Shown here: piece by piece, positions 16,488 to 29,740 of the stretch
Numbering within the stretch: position 1 is the first letter of the stretch
Layout of the letters: each line of letters begins with the position of its first letter
NCBI GenBank assembly: GCA_036172245.1
Contig: JAYWIR010000031.1
Span: 1,364,001-1,428,000, forward strand
DNA length: 64,000 bases
Origin: Raillietiella orientalis
Lineage: Eukaryota
Direction of reading: 5' to 3'
Program-made: the position numbers and the translations under genes
The notes under the pieces: model-generated
Database searches by the model: none
The model's input: the letters and a program-made list of their open reading frames with translations, nothing else
What the model was told of the DNA's origin: nothing

Positions 16488-19400
16488 ATGACGAAAGATA
16501 GGTTAGGAGCCTTGAAAGCGGTAATGTACTACTTGCATTCAATTTTCATTTGCTTGTAGCTTCTGACAGTATTCGTATAAACTGTCAAAACTGATTGTGT
16601 AAATAATTTCATGTGAGCAGATAAATACGTAGTGCAAAATTTATACTGAATTGATATCCCGAGTGATTCATAAGGCTATTGGGCTCATTAATTCCTTGTG
16701 TTTTTGCCTAATTTTAATGATTCACCGAGAACTGATATTTAAAATATTTCCACGTACCCAAAAACTTTTCACATCTCGTGAACATCAACGAAAGAGACCT
16801 CAATTTGCATAGGTTTATTCCCCAAGGGAGTTCAAGCAAGTGTTACGTGGGGATTGTATCTATTTTATTCATGTATATGGAATGTAATACATAAGTTGAT
16901 AGCGAAGGAATATATCTGTGATTCAGAGAAGATTACCAATACAGAGGCGATCTAAAAGTGGACTTTGAGTTTAATTAAAAACTGTCAATTGATGGATATT
17001 GTCAACACAAATTCGAGTTAATGATTTAGAGTAGCAAAGCATTTTCTTGTTTGCATTCATTCAGCAGAAAATGCACTATTGTCTCAAATGGCATTGCCCT
17101 ATCATGCATTGAATATCTATTCCTGCCGGCATCTGTAATGCCCTAAACATGAAACAGTACTGGATGGATTCTTATATTTCATGTTAGTGCAGTTTTGAAA
17201 ACCGAAAATCTTTAATATTCACGAGGAATATATTGATAATTAGTAGGAAAGAAAGGAAATTGTTTGTGATCTTGTAGCAGGAGGATGTGAATGTACTTAA
17301 GAATTCATCCAGAATTTTATAATAATGCAGAGGACTGGAGAATTTTCAACTTTTGCAATTCTCTGTATTATTGGAAATAATGGAATAGGATATTTATGAA
17401 TTTCATATAATATGGTTATAACATCAATTGATTATCATATCAGATCATCCACATAGTATGCATTGATTAAACTGTGGTCAAATCAGTTAATTATCACTCA
17501 GTAATTTCGTTCATTATCCAAAAGAATCTGTGTATGGAGTATACATAAATGTACTAGTGCTAACCATAACATTTGCTGAGTTTCCAGTTCTGGGATACCT
17601 GCTTAGATTTATAGTTGTCCAACTGCCTCTTTGAATCTTTTTTCTTATAAGCAAATCCCAAAAACCAGCATTGTTCTTGTTTCATAAGTAATTAATGTGT
17701 GGTTGATTATTCCTTGATAGATTATGATTGCTTGTCAAACCATTTGTTTTTCAAATCAATGGGTGTATATTGTATGAATTTTAGTCATTCATGTTTTTCA
17801 ATCCAGGATGTCTCTAATAGATTCTACTTCTATTTGTAACATTGAGAGCTATGATCAGGAATTTTGAATTCATTAATGAAAATTCATTTTATTCATGGAA
17901 AAAAGGAACTTTCCAATTAAGCATCAGGAAAAATTGTTTCATCTACTGACCATTTTTAAACTAGCTTTAAAATTCTTTCAGTCTTTGGTTTAATTTCTTC
18001 TGCATGATGTGTCTATTTATCCACACTGCACAGCATTTTGTGTAACATAACCTTAGACTGCTGAAAAACTACTACACTATCATAAAGAAAAGACATTCAT
18101 TTCTTTGAAGTTGCCAGTAGTCAAGTTTTCATACAGAGTTTTTGAGACACGTGTTTTTATGTGATGTCAAAAAATTATGAAAGTTGTTTTTCTCATTTTT
18201 TTTTGTTTTTGAAAAGTTTTAATCTGAGTAATTTTTGAATTCTTTATAAAAAATGAATTTTTTTCAAAATGTTATTTGCATAGAGACTACAAAATTATGA
18301 AGCAACACTCATGGAAGATAAAAGGATTGGAACATAAAACCAATAATTATGACAAATTTTGGAGAATGTTAAACAGTAGAAATGAAGGGAAAGGATGTAT
18401 TATTAAAAGTTTAAATTAGTAAGATAATTAATAATGATCCATGAAATTCTCAAATTTTTTTCGATTGACGAAGTTCAAGTTTATCAGGAATTCTGGTGAT
18501 TGTTCTAATGATGGATGTAATTATATGATTGAATTGTACAAGATAAAGTGTTCCAGCAATAATTTGAACAGATTTGGAAGTAACTTTTATACAGTATCGC
18601 ATGTACTTGTGTTTTGCATTAATCGTATGATAGAAAATTAAAGATGCATGTTTACCTTCAAGATGAAGTTATGAGTACAAAATAATGTAAGTCATACAAA
18701 ACTTTGTAATTTACAGATACCATGTAGTATAAGATGAAAATGGTCAATTGCTACCATGAAAATTTAGTCATAATAAGATATGTATAAATGCTTGGTACAA
18801 AAAGTTCACCTGTATACTAGCCCTAGGACTATCAAAAGTAATTTAGAAAATTAGTTAAGGTTTCTCAAATGATGTATAATGCTTCTAATTTCTTCTTTAT
18901 AACCCTAAAGCATTGCAGTAATTAAGAATAAAGCATGAAGCAAAAATGCAGGAAAGAGAAGGATAAAAGGCAGTTTGTTTCATGAAGTTCTTGTCACTCA
19001 GTTGGTGAAACCGTTATATGTGAACATATATTGGCAGGTCTATAATTGAATGCCTTTTATTCGTAGCTGTATTACTCTCGAAAAACTCTTTGTTATCCTA
19101 TAAGTTGTTCTTAAAAATGATAAAATAATTTCATTGCTTTGAAACAGCTAAATTTTGATTTAAATTCCTTTGTTTCTATTCAGGACAAATCAGTTGTAAA
19201 GTTGCAGAATGTGAGGCACAAGATTTGATGTTATCGAATTTTTTCTGTTTTTTTAATACTTGTGTCTGAATAGTGAAAGTGAGTTTGCTGTTTTTTTTTT
19301 TGTTTTTCATTGTTGAACTGGTAATCATTTTATTTTCTTGTTATGCAACATATACAAAACATCTTTAGGGAGAGGCGAGGGGAAAAGCAGTTTTTGTGTT

Positions 19401-21844
19401 GGTTGTATTCAAGAAATATAGTCACTGTAAAGAATTCGTGTCCAATATTTTTGTTCTATGCACTGTTAATTATTTCAAATATGTTTATAGCATTAATATC
19501 TCAATTTCCAAGCATTTGCACTAGTTCTTGAGCTAGATAAATTTGTCTCTTTATTGCATGTGTTGCAGTTTTCCATTTTGAGAATTATATGGTGAACCAG
19601 AGGATTTGACCCAATTCATAGGGCTGAAGTAAGAAAGAATAATTCAAGGTTCTTGCATACAAATAGAATACATTCATAAACTTCGAAAGTTGGGTTCACT
19701 TAAAAATTTGAGAGAGAATAAGGATGGTAAACTCTTTGAAATGAAAAGACAAATCATTGCATGCGCAATTTAGTAAAATACTGCAGCAATTCTGTCACAG
19801 AAGTTGAATTTGCATCCACAGTTTAATGCTTTTTCTTTGCTACTTATAATGATTATTTTGATTTCTTTTCTCAGTTTGCCTGTGTTGCGTGGTCAGGTTT
19901 TTTTCGGTTAATAGTTTGTTTATCTCTTCATTAAAAGATTTCAGTTTAATAGATTGTGTTTTTTTAGGGGTTTTTTTTCCTAATTGTCAGAGAAACTGTT
20001 AACAAGTGTCAAGAAATTCCTAGCAGAGATGTGGAAAGAATGAATCAATGTTTCAATCGGAAGTTAAAATAGAATGTTCTAATCAGTTTTCTTTAACAGC
20101 CAAAATTATATTCTCATTTCTTATAGTGCTCTGTATTTTTCAGCCTGTTATTGATGTACTATTTTGTAAATATATGTATCAAATCGATTATTGCCCTGGT
20201 GCAATTGAATTTACCTTCATTTTTTTGCATAGTTTTTAATGTATACAGTCTTGTATTCTTTATCATTTTTATTCTTTGCCAATTTTTCATTGAAGTTTTT
20301 GTTGTTCCAATTTGGATGCTTCCGAAATAATATTTCAAATTCTATTGTTTTGCTGGTATCTTGTAAACACATACATTGTGCTACTTTTTGTTAATACTCC
20401 TTAATCATTGAACTTGTCTGATCACAAAGATGTGATATACCTATCTATGCATAGAAACACAAGGACTGTTTTCTGTTTATTAGATAGTGGACTTAATGAT
20501 GAATGAACACTGACCAGTTTTATTGAGAGTCCTTTTTTTTTAAAAAAAAAAGGTTCTCATGGAGAAGTTCAGCATTTTTTTAATTGTATATTTCAGATCT
20601 AGGTCATTGGTGTATTTCCTATCATTTACACTGTTTAATCTCTTAGTAATAAACTTATTGATTTTTGTAGGCTTTAAGTGAAGAAGATGATGTTGGTGCT
20701 GGGGAGGTGGCAGTTACAGTTGATGATGGCCAACCTGGATTCATGGATGAATTCTTTTCTGAGGTTTGTGTTTCAATCATCTTGTTTTTCTGTCAAGTGT
20801 TGTAGGTGGAAGAGATTCGAAATAGCATTGATAAGATTCAGGGAAATGTGGATGCTGTGAAAATGAAGCATAGTGCAATTCTTTCAGCTCCACAAACTGA
20901 TGAAAGTGAGTAATTGCTCATGCACATTAACATTACTGTATGGCAGGAATGAAACATGAACTGGAGGATCTCATGGCTGACATCAAAAAGACAGCTAATA
21001 AGGTGCGAGCTAAACTGAAAGGTAAGTTGCAATAAAAAAAATCAATACACAGTTGTTGCAGTTATCGAACAGAACATTGAGCAAGAGGAACACATCAACA
21101 AAGCATCAGCTGATTTGCGTATACGCAAGACACAACATTCCACTTTGTCACGTAAATTTGTGGAAGTCATGACAGAGTATAATCGGATCCAGACTGATTA
21201 CAGGGAGAGGTGCAAAGCACGCATCCAAAGGCAGCTGGAGATCAGTAATTGAGATGTAACTATGGTAGAAGTTTTGTAGAACTTCATTTTTGTAGCTGGT
21301 CGTACAACCACCAATGATGAACTGGAGAGGATGTTGGAGCAGGGCAATCCTGCTGTTTTCACTCAGGGTGTAAGCTCTGCAAGGAAATAGCAGGATGCTG
21401 TGCATGTGCTCCCTCAGATCATTATGGAAACGCAGCAAGCAAAGCAAACGTTGGCAGATATTGAAGCACGTCATGCTGACATCATTAAACTGGAGACGTC
21501 CATCAAGGAGCTGCATGACATGTTCATGGACATGGCTATGCTTGTAGAGAGTCAGGTTAGGAGTAATGCAGGATTTCAGTGTTCCAGCCTTGGATTCTTT
21601 AGGGTGAGATGATCGATCGAATCGAATACCATGTGGAGCATGCAGTGGACTATGTGCAAACTGCAACCCAGGATACCAAGAAAGCACTAAAATACCAAAG
21701 CAAAGCTCGAAGGGTGAGAACTGCTGCTGCTTGTATTTCTTGTTGGCATGCTTTTGCTCTCATCAGAAGAAAATCCTCATCATCATTTGCTTAGCTGTGC
21801 TACTAGCTATCTTAGCACTAGTTTTAGCTGTGACTCTGAAATGA
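16488..21844 (+). CDS. STX1A: Syntaxin-1A, isoform using terminal exon A. Exons 16488-16520, 20671-20763, 20806-20905, 20947-21021, 21062-21244, 21296-21369, 21418-21555, 21603-21713, 21767-21844
   Basis: [11 protein letters not shown] start; Habc region [60 protein letters not shown] motif [62 protein letters not shown]-terminal TM helix. All junctions are GT-AG and in frame. Confidence 0.97.
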
Positions 21845-21900
21845 AGAGGCATGCCTCTTGATTGTTTTCACGCAGTTGGATGCAGCTCTGTCACTTGCAG

Positions 21901-21978
21901 AAAAAGACCTGTCTTGCAATCCTTATCGCTCTGTTCATGGGACTGATCCTGATTTTTCTCGTCATCCTGTTATTCTGA
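21901..21978 (+). CDS. STX1A: Syntaxin-1A alternative terminal TM exon B (KKTCLAILIALFMGLILIFLVILLF*)
   Basis: Acceptor CACTTGCAG immediately upstream, phase 0 like exon A, starts KK followed by 23 mostly hydrophobic residues and a stop. AATAAA at 22064. Confidence 0.8.
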   Translation, partial: KKTCLAILIALFMGLILIFLVILLF

Positions 21979-22198
21979 ATCCCAGTTTACCTCATCTAGT
22001 CAGAGCTCTTAATCCTCAGCTTCCAGCTGGCTATCTATCCTTGCCACCTGTTCCCAAAGATGCAATAAAAGTATATTTTTGATATATTATGTGCATGTTC
22101 TTAGCACGATTTGCATCGAAGACGTATTTCTTGTCGTCATCACTTTGCATGCATGCTCTGTGGTTTGTTGACAGGATATCTTGATGCTTGTGTTCCAG

Positions 22199-22282
22199 AA
22201 AAAGATTTTCATTATTATATGCCTGGCTATTCTGGGAGTGATCTTAGCTACAACTATTGGCAGCTACTTTGGTTTGGGATAG
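22199..22282 (+). CDS. STX1A: Syntaxin-1A alternative terminal TM exon C (KKIFIIICLAILGVILATTIGSYFGLG*)
   Basis: Acceptor TGTTCCAG, phase 0. Closest of the three to the vertebrate syntaxin-1 tail as I recall it (KKIMIIICCVILGIxIASTxGGIF). Confidence 0.88.
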   Translation, partial: KKIFIIICLAILGVILATTIGSYFGLG

Positions 22283-24299
22283 CCATTTCTGCAATCACAT
22301 CAAAATAATGCCATTTGAGAGCAGTGCCTGAGCCAGTCCGTTAATTTTTCTTAACTGCCATTTTGTCAGAGTAACAAGAAATCAAGAAACTCATCATTTG
22401 TATGTACAATCATGTACAGAATCTGTTTTTCCTGGTTGCTGCTTGTTGTATTGTGTATGTGAAAACCTGGTTCAGCAATAATTTCAATGTCCTAAGAACC
22501 AGAGCTGATCCAAATTTGGTGCTATAGCACCACCACCTATGCTATTTTGTTGAACTGTTTTTCATGGTTAACTTGTTTTTGGATTCAGCTGCTGGTCATC
22601 CAGTCTTTCATTTAGTTTCTTAATTTTGTTGATAGTATTTTTTTTTTTTTTTTCTTTTTTGGAGGGAAGAAAAAAAAAAAAACAAACAAACAAACTCGAA
22701 TGAATATTAGCTGCTGGAATTTGTTTTATAGGCATCGATTCTACGTCTCGTATTTTAGTATTTAAATTATGGTATGAAAGCATTCCAAATTCTTTAAAAC
22801 GACTATGGAAAGTTTCGTTTTCTATAAAGTTTCCCATGTTATGTTTGAAAATGGAAGCAATAAATCCATAACAATGATTAAAACTAGAGTACGCGTAAGG
22901 CGTATAAAGCAATAAGAATGTAGTTATCAACTTAATATGAGGTCTTTATTGTTAATAATGTATTTTCTGGTAAAACAAAACTGAGTGGCGTAAAGTGATT
23001 CATCTTTACTGTGTGTTATTGAATTGTTGGAGACCCATTTCAAATGGACTTATCGAGGGAATATTTGAATTTTGACTTTGCTTAATGTATACTTGAATAA
23101 ATGGATATGAAAAACTAATTGGTTTTCTGTTCTCTTATGTAACAAAAACAGGACATTATCTAGAAAGCAAAAGCAAATTTGAATGATTTTGAAGTAAATT
23201 TGCAAGCATCAACAAAAAAGCACGCCTAAAATTGTTTTCTGGTAACCCCTGTTTATCGGAACATGAAAAATCTGAATGCCTGCGGTCATGTTACGCTTTT
23301 GGATGTAATTGAGTGACCAAACATCTAAGTGAAATCTGAAATTTTCTAAGTTCTTGAAAGTGCATCTAAAATTCGAGTTGATTTTGTAGATTAGGGATGA
23401 TAAAGCGTTGGTAAGCCTGTCGCTTCGCACACACTGACAGGCGACACGGTGTGCACGCTAAGAATCGCCAAGAAAGTGTTTTGTTTTGCGATTTTGCTTC
23501 GCAGCATGAATGCTGAAATTTGTCAAAGACTCAAGCATAGGCATATTTTTACATTGTAGAAACCAAAACAGTATTTGTAAGAGACTTTACTGAAGTCAGT
23601 CACTCTGATAATTAATCATGGATTTGTTTGCATTAAGCTTATAGCCATTCCTCCAGGTAGATTGAAATTTCGTTGTCATTTCACTGACCTTGCTCTCGTA
23701 GGGTTACAGAGATGACGATAAAGCTATACCTGACGGCAAAACGAAGGATGTTTCTCTTGGCAAAAGAAGGAACAGTATAAAACTCTGAATGATTCCATCC
23801 AAACAGCTAAGCAAAAAGCAGAGGAAACAAAGTCAAATTTTATTAAAAGTACCGTAACTTAAAGATTTCGGAGATGAGATTGAAAGGTTGTGAAGAGCAA
23901 AAATGTTGCAGGTCATTTTCCCAGAAGTGTCGTAACGCCGACTTTTAGCAAAACCGAATGTTGCAACAAACCAGATATCACATTTAACGAAACGCAGAAA
24001 TGAAAGGACTGTGACGAGAATTCAGAACGAAAGCTTAATTTAAGTGTCACTTATTTTCTGTAGGACATTAAAACATCTCCAGGTACGAGAATAGCATGAA
24101 ACGCTGATTCTCATATGAACGTAACAAATTCTTTGCATAAGCGCCAACGCTTTTTTCTGATTTTGATTATAAAAAATACATACATGTTGAAATATGAGCT
24201 GCTGATCAAGCCAGAATTACTGCGGTCGGAGAATTGAATAATTACCGCAGTGCACCAAACCAATCAAAGCCATGTTTCTTTTACATATTCTCTCAAGTT

Positions 24300-24950
24300 A
24301 TTTGGGGAAGAGGATGAAGATCAGACTTTAAGCCCTCTTGGCCCTTCCACGCTACAAGAGGAGGAATGAGGAAGGCTTGCTAACTTGTCAAACTGGCTAG
24401 TCTACCCTCCAAAAGCATGTTGATAGTTGTAGTGCTATAGTAAACTTCGTGCTTCTCCCATGGCTCCTGAAGTTACAACTGGTCCAGTAGAACAAAATAC
24501 AGCACCAGAGACCTTGCTTCCAAATTATCTGATCTCTCAGTGAATAGTCCGCATCCTTTTTTTCCCAATTGTCAATGAAAGTAAATAATAAAGCTCCAAA
24601 CGAAGTTATGAGAAACCAAATTAAAGTTGTTGGTTTTCTTATTTCTCGTGATGTAAGAAAAATACAATCTAAGCAGCTTTTACGTAGAATCAGTGTTATT
24701 GACTATGGTATAATTCCTTTAAGGGCTTCGCACGGTATACGCAGTCTTGTTTTGGATGACATCCGAGTGGCTTCCAGAGCTAAAATGTGGGGTGGATCCC
24801 TAGCGAAATTCGAATAACATCAGCAAGCTGCCAGATCCAGGACGAAAGATGTCCCGTTTCAGTGCTGGAAAAGCATTTAGAGTAATACAACTGATCGTAT
24901 TGCAATCCGACACAGGATGCGTTGGTTGCTTTCTATTTGGAGAACATTGG
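24300..24950 (+). mobile_element. Decayed Ty3/Gypsy reverse transcriptase fragment
   Basis: ORF 24569-24817 contains NKAPNEVMR (cf. NAPATFQR) and LVLDDIRVAS (cf. YLDDILIAS). SPLGPS near 24330 resembles SPWASP. Confidence 0.4.
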
Positions 24951-25199
24951 TGAATGATCCTTAATTAAGCCAACATATGCAAAAATTTTAGAAAATCGTT
25001 GTTCCAATAACATGTTTTCCTGTATGATTTCGCAACTCAGGAAAACTGGAAACTCCACAGGGTTCATGTGACAAAAAAGTAGCTTCCGGAAACTCCAAGC
25101 ACTATAATCAGCATTTCCGTTCCAATGAATGCAATCTAAGGATATCCTTGTAAGGATGCCGGCAAGTTCCCGTTTCAAGACTCCCAGATGGGGTCATCT

Positions 25200-25750
25200 T
25201 GACGCTGTCCTCATGAAGAGGACAGCAAATTAGATGGCGTCCCTGTCGTTCCGGCCTCCTCTGGCGTTGCTCTATGCAGCCACGGTCCCGCCGCGTAGGC
25301 AATAGAGTGTTGCTATTGATGCGGCCGGCATGAGGACGTCGCGCAGGAAGAGGCACTTTCAAACGTCTCTGGCGTTGCCTCCGGGGGTTCGAAGAGTAGC
25401 GGCAAAGCGTCCCCAAAGGGGCCGGAGGGCAACACAGTACTCTAGGAGGTGCGGGAGGGATTCCCGCTCCCCGCACATTGCACAGTTTGGGTTCAGTGTG
25501 CCGGCGGGCGTTGCACGGGAGACCCCAGTGCAGCAGCATCAACGCCGACTCCTGACACTTTAAGGGGAGGGTGCGGGTGTTCATAAGCTCCGGGGGCCAC
25601 TGCAGGTCTTCCTTCGGAATACCTAGTAGTACGTTCCACATATAGAGAAAACAAATGCGGGTGCGGCACTGGTGGAAGCCGGAAACCCCCGGACGCCCCC
25701 ATTGACTGACCGGGATTTGGATCCGACCTTCCCGGGTCCTTCCGGGAGTC
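25200..25750 (-). mobile_element. 3' part of an L1/Tx1-like LINE ORF2 (zf-RVT zinc finger), frameshifted
   Basis: The minus strand reads WPPELMNTRTLPLKCQESALMLLHWGLPC and, after a frameshift, LNPNCAMCGERESLPHLLEYCVALRPLW. This fits the CxxC-x7-H-x4-C..W finger of LINE ORF2. Confidence 0.7.
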
Positions 25751-28399
25751 GAGGATGCCTTCGGAGCTTCCCTCCGGCTGTGAAAGTGGAGCAATGCTCC
25801 CCTCGGGAGAGATTCTCCATCGCGTACCGTGGAGCTGGTTGATACCCCTTCGATGGTTGTTGCTTCTTCAAAGTGTGAAGACGCACGCTACTCTTTTCGG
25901 GGAGCGCCCTTCAGAGAGAAATCGGGAAGTGTCCCTTCGAGATCCTCTTCAGAGGAGGAAACCAGGAGCGGATCCCTTTCGAGTTCCCTTCGGAGAAGAA
26001 AATGAGGAGCAGTCCCCCCCGGCGTTCCCTTCGGAGGCAAATAAGGTGGAGGGTTCCCTTCAGGATCCCTCACCAAGCGCAAGAGAAGAATGGACCCCTT
26101 CCTTCAGAGCCTTCCTGGATTCATAGGGTGGTCCCCTCCTGGGGTACCCCCTGACTTGAAGAGAGTCACGACATGCACACCTGTGGATCAGCGTTAAAGA
26201 GCTTCCTGAGCTTCTAGGGGAACGATGATTCCTGAGTACTCAGCGCGCTTTTCCGTCGATGCTCCCACCCGCGCTGAATTCGAAAAAATCGTCCGTGCGC
26301 AGTTTTGGGGCGCCTTTTCTTCCAGACTTTCATGAGCTTCTTGAAAATTACCCGAGGGAAAAAGGGATCATGCGACTTAATTGATCGATGGATGGATGAA
26401 AAGATCCCATGCCGCTCGTGCAGAGAGTGAGGGTCGGTTTGCGATTCGAATACTCCGCCCCCATGTGTTTTCCCGCCTCTTCCTTCTATGGACGGCTCTT
26501 GGGGGTGGTGTTCACTGTACAGACAATGCGATCTGACTCGTCCCCGCACCAAACGCAACCTTTCTCAACGCATCGTCCGAAGTCCCGTATCTGTTGTTCG
26601 CATGTGTCGTTCGTGTTGGCGCACTAGGAAACACGTTCGCGTGCATGTGCTTAACGAAAATCACGGAACTGCTTTCTTCCGCGCAAGTCTTTCTGAAGCG
26701 AGACAAACCAGCATGGATGACGTTGGTCGCAGATCACCTTCTGATGACCATCGGCATCGCGATCCAACTCCAAGCTGAGTCACAGTATATTGGAATGGCA
26801 AATTTTATTTTTACTATTATTATTGTCATCATTATCGTTAAGAATTTCGAGCATCCGTTTCTCCCCGGCAGCCCACTCTCTCCTCCACCGTTTCCAAGAT
26901 GAGTGGCCAAAACATTGCATTCGGTTGGACTTTCGGTTCTCCACTTTGCGAGTACGTCTGACGTCGGAGTCCAAGGCGTATGCTGCTGCAGAGTTTCTCA
27001 GGTTGCCGTTTCTGCAAACGTTTCAGCGCTGGAAAAGTGAAAGAACAAAGCGAATTGGGAAGAATCCCTTTGCTTTCGTGTGTTTTTCCTTTTCCTTTTT
27101 TTGAGTGTTTGGGCACTTGCTCGGCAGGAGTCGAAGCGACATGGAATGTGTACAATGTGTAATTCCGTCCAAGCGTATGGATACGCAGCAGCTACGATCG
27201 CACCACAACCGTTCTCGTGATGCTGCTTTGCACGGCCGCACACAGCCATCATGCTCCGCGGTCCACATCCGCCTACAGCAGCTTAGTAGCTTAGCAGCGT
27301 GAGGGAGTTTGTCAAAGCAGCAAACAATAAGCTTGGACTGGATCCCCTTTCAGGAAAGGAGTCCTGCTTTCTTCCTACCTTTCATCTCATCATAAATCAG
27401 GTATCTGGAATGGGCATTTCTGGGCTGCTTTCTCGTGGAGAAACAGGCATCCTGCGCAACTAGATGAATTGAGAGGAGAATGCACAGTATAAAAATAAAA
27501 ATAAGAATGGACAGTAACATTCAAGGTGAAATTAAAAGGCATGGCACAGGAAAGCAAGAGGAAAACACCACTTTCAATAGGGTGAAGTCTGAATCTGAAG
27601 ACTTTCCAAAAGTTATTAAAAGTTTGACTTGTAAGGATCCCAGGAAAACTGTCCGGTGTGTTTAAAAGGAAGTGGGCATCGAAGAGTTTGACTCCAGCAC
27701 GTAGCACTGGCCTGGAACGGAAAACAGCGATCTTAGCGATGAATAAGAAAAAGCACATAACTGGCGGTAAACAGCAGAAATCTACACTGACGTTCAGCTC
27801 CAGAGGAAGACCGACTAAGATCTATTCTGCTGTGTTTCATTATGCTCTAGAACCAGAGAGCCCTTTCCGATGAGCAGGTGATACCTGCATCAGTTGAAAG
27901 GTGACCACTGCAGCATATTTCGGAAGTTGAGCTCGACAGATGAAGGCTGCAGCTAAGTTCTGCGCTTAATTATAATTTAGACAGATAGGAATTCTGCCTT
28001 CAAGGTGGTCACATTGAAATACCGTGGCTCCAACTGTAGAGAGAAGTCATTTCTGATTTCCTTGGTCTGCATTGCTTTTCCAATGGTGTAAACCGAAACT
28101 TGAGGGCATGCTTTCTCCCATGGTAGTCTCGATATCATTGTAGTTATGGTTACTGATTTCCTTTCTTTTCCTATGTCTTTTTCTAATCGGTTCCCTAATT
28201 TCACTTAAAACATGCAAATTAAAGCGAACTTTCAAGGTTTCCATGGAGTTCCAACTCACTTTCCACCCGTTATAGAAGAATATTTTTTTTGTCACCTTTG
28301 AAGCGTCGCTGCTGGTTCGGAAAGAGGAGAGACTTCCTTAGGCTCCTTCTTCCGTGTCTGGAACGACGGGTTCCCTGATTGGGTTCACGAGAATGACGC

Positions 28400-29740
28400 T
28401 TCAGTAAATGAATGGAAAAACGATGAGTGTTTGACCACCTCCAACATCTATGCGTTATTTCTGATGCGTGGAGTCACATAGCTCGCAGCAGGAAAACTCT
28501 GCACTATACTCCACACTTTTGTGTCCACTTGGAGCACTCTTCGTTCTTCTTCAGGGAGCTTCCTTCACGCACTGACTTTCTTATGGTGAGAGAAGATTGT
28601 AGAAGATTGTCTGCATTCGGCTGGCTGTCGGGTTTGTTCACGACTGGACTGAATAGATATGACTGGAGCACCGCGTACACCCAGCTACTATGAATGAGCT
28701 GAGAGGCTGCAACCTGACAACGGACAGAACATGGCGTCCGTGGACGTTCCGTGCATTGATACTTCGAAAAGGATTCCAAAGACAAAATACTTGAGAAGCA
28801 GCGGAAAAGAAGGTAGAGGAGAGGGAAGAAAACACGTTAGTAGCAATAGTGGGCGAGGTGCACCTAATAAAGGAAAGAGAGGAAGACGGATTTTTTGGCA
28901 ATCTGGAAGCAATTATAAACCCTCTGATTGAAGATCAACTAAAGGAAGACACGAAAAATGAGCAACTACAGTCTACTTACATCGACTGCAAAGAGTGGCG
29001 TGATTCCGCGTTTCCTGTGGGTGGTCATCACCCAGACACGGTTGGTGAGGAGAGCGAAAGAGAACAACCACTGGACGCTGCGAGCAAAATCGAAGCAATT
29101 CGAAGCATCGGGGAACCCAGAGGTAGAAAAAGGAAAATGGATATGGAAACGGAACTATTCTTTCAAGTTCAGGAAAGGGGGAATCCATCTCCAGAGGATG
29201 CTGAATGGGGTCACGCCTCGCTAGGAGGACCTGCATGTGGCGAAAGAAAAGAAAAATCAGCGTAGGAAAACGAACATTCAAGAAATACTCAAAGTAAGAA
29301 CAGGAAAAATGAAAGGAAAGAAGCCAAGGATTGATCCAAACGACAAATCCTCAATCCAGAAATTGCACAATATGAACAGAAGAAGAGCAGTTTGAGCAAT
29401 TCGAGGTCAGTAGGACCAAACTTGGAAGTTGGTGGTTGAGATGGTGGAAGAGCAATCTTGGAAAAGAAGTTCGCAGGTGGAACATACATCCGACAGAGAG
29501 CTTTCCTAGAAGATACCTCTGAGAAGAAGGGTGGCAGCATCTCCGATACACCTCTCCAGTTACCCAAGAGGACGAAGGGGCGATACTGTGGAGTGCCGAA
29601 AACCACTCCTCTGAAGAAGATGGATGCTGGAAGAAGTGTAGATCCAGAGGAAGAGCTGCTCATCAAAATGCTTCACATTTTGAAAGAATTTCGTCGAGTT
29701 CCAGAAGCCTGGCGAACAACAGTAAACCAACTCTGAAATG
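28400..29740 (+). mobile_element. Decayed L1/Tx1-like LINE ORF2 (endonuclease end, linker, RT start)
   Basis: ISDAWSHI..HYT..SRTDFLMV (cf. LxDxWR..YT..SRIDYFLV); AIRSIGE..ETELFFQVQER (cf. GAxIRSR..EKxTKYFFxxEK); SRSVGPN (cf. KSPGPDG); LQLPKR..LIKML (cf. LLPKK..KILSKxL). Frame 28849-29736 is interrupted by only three stops. Confidence 0.6.
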
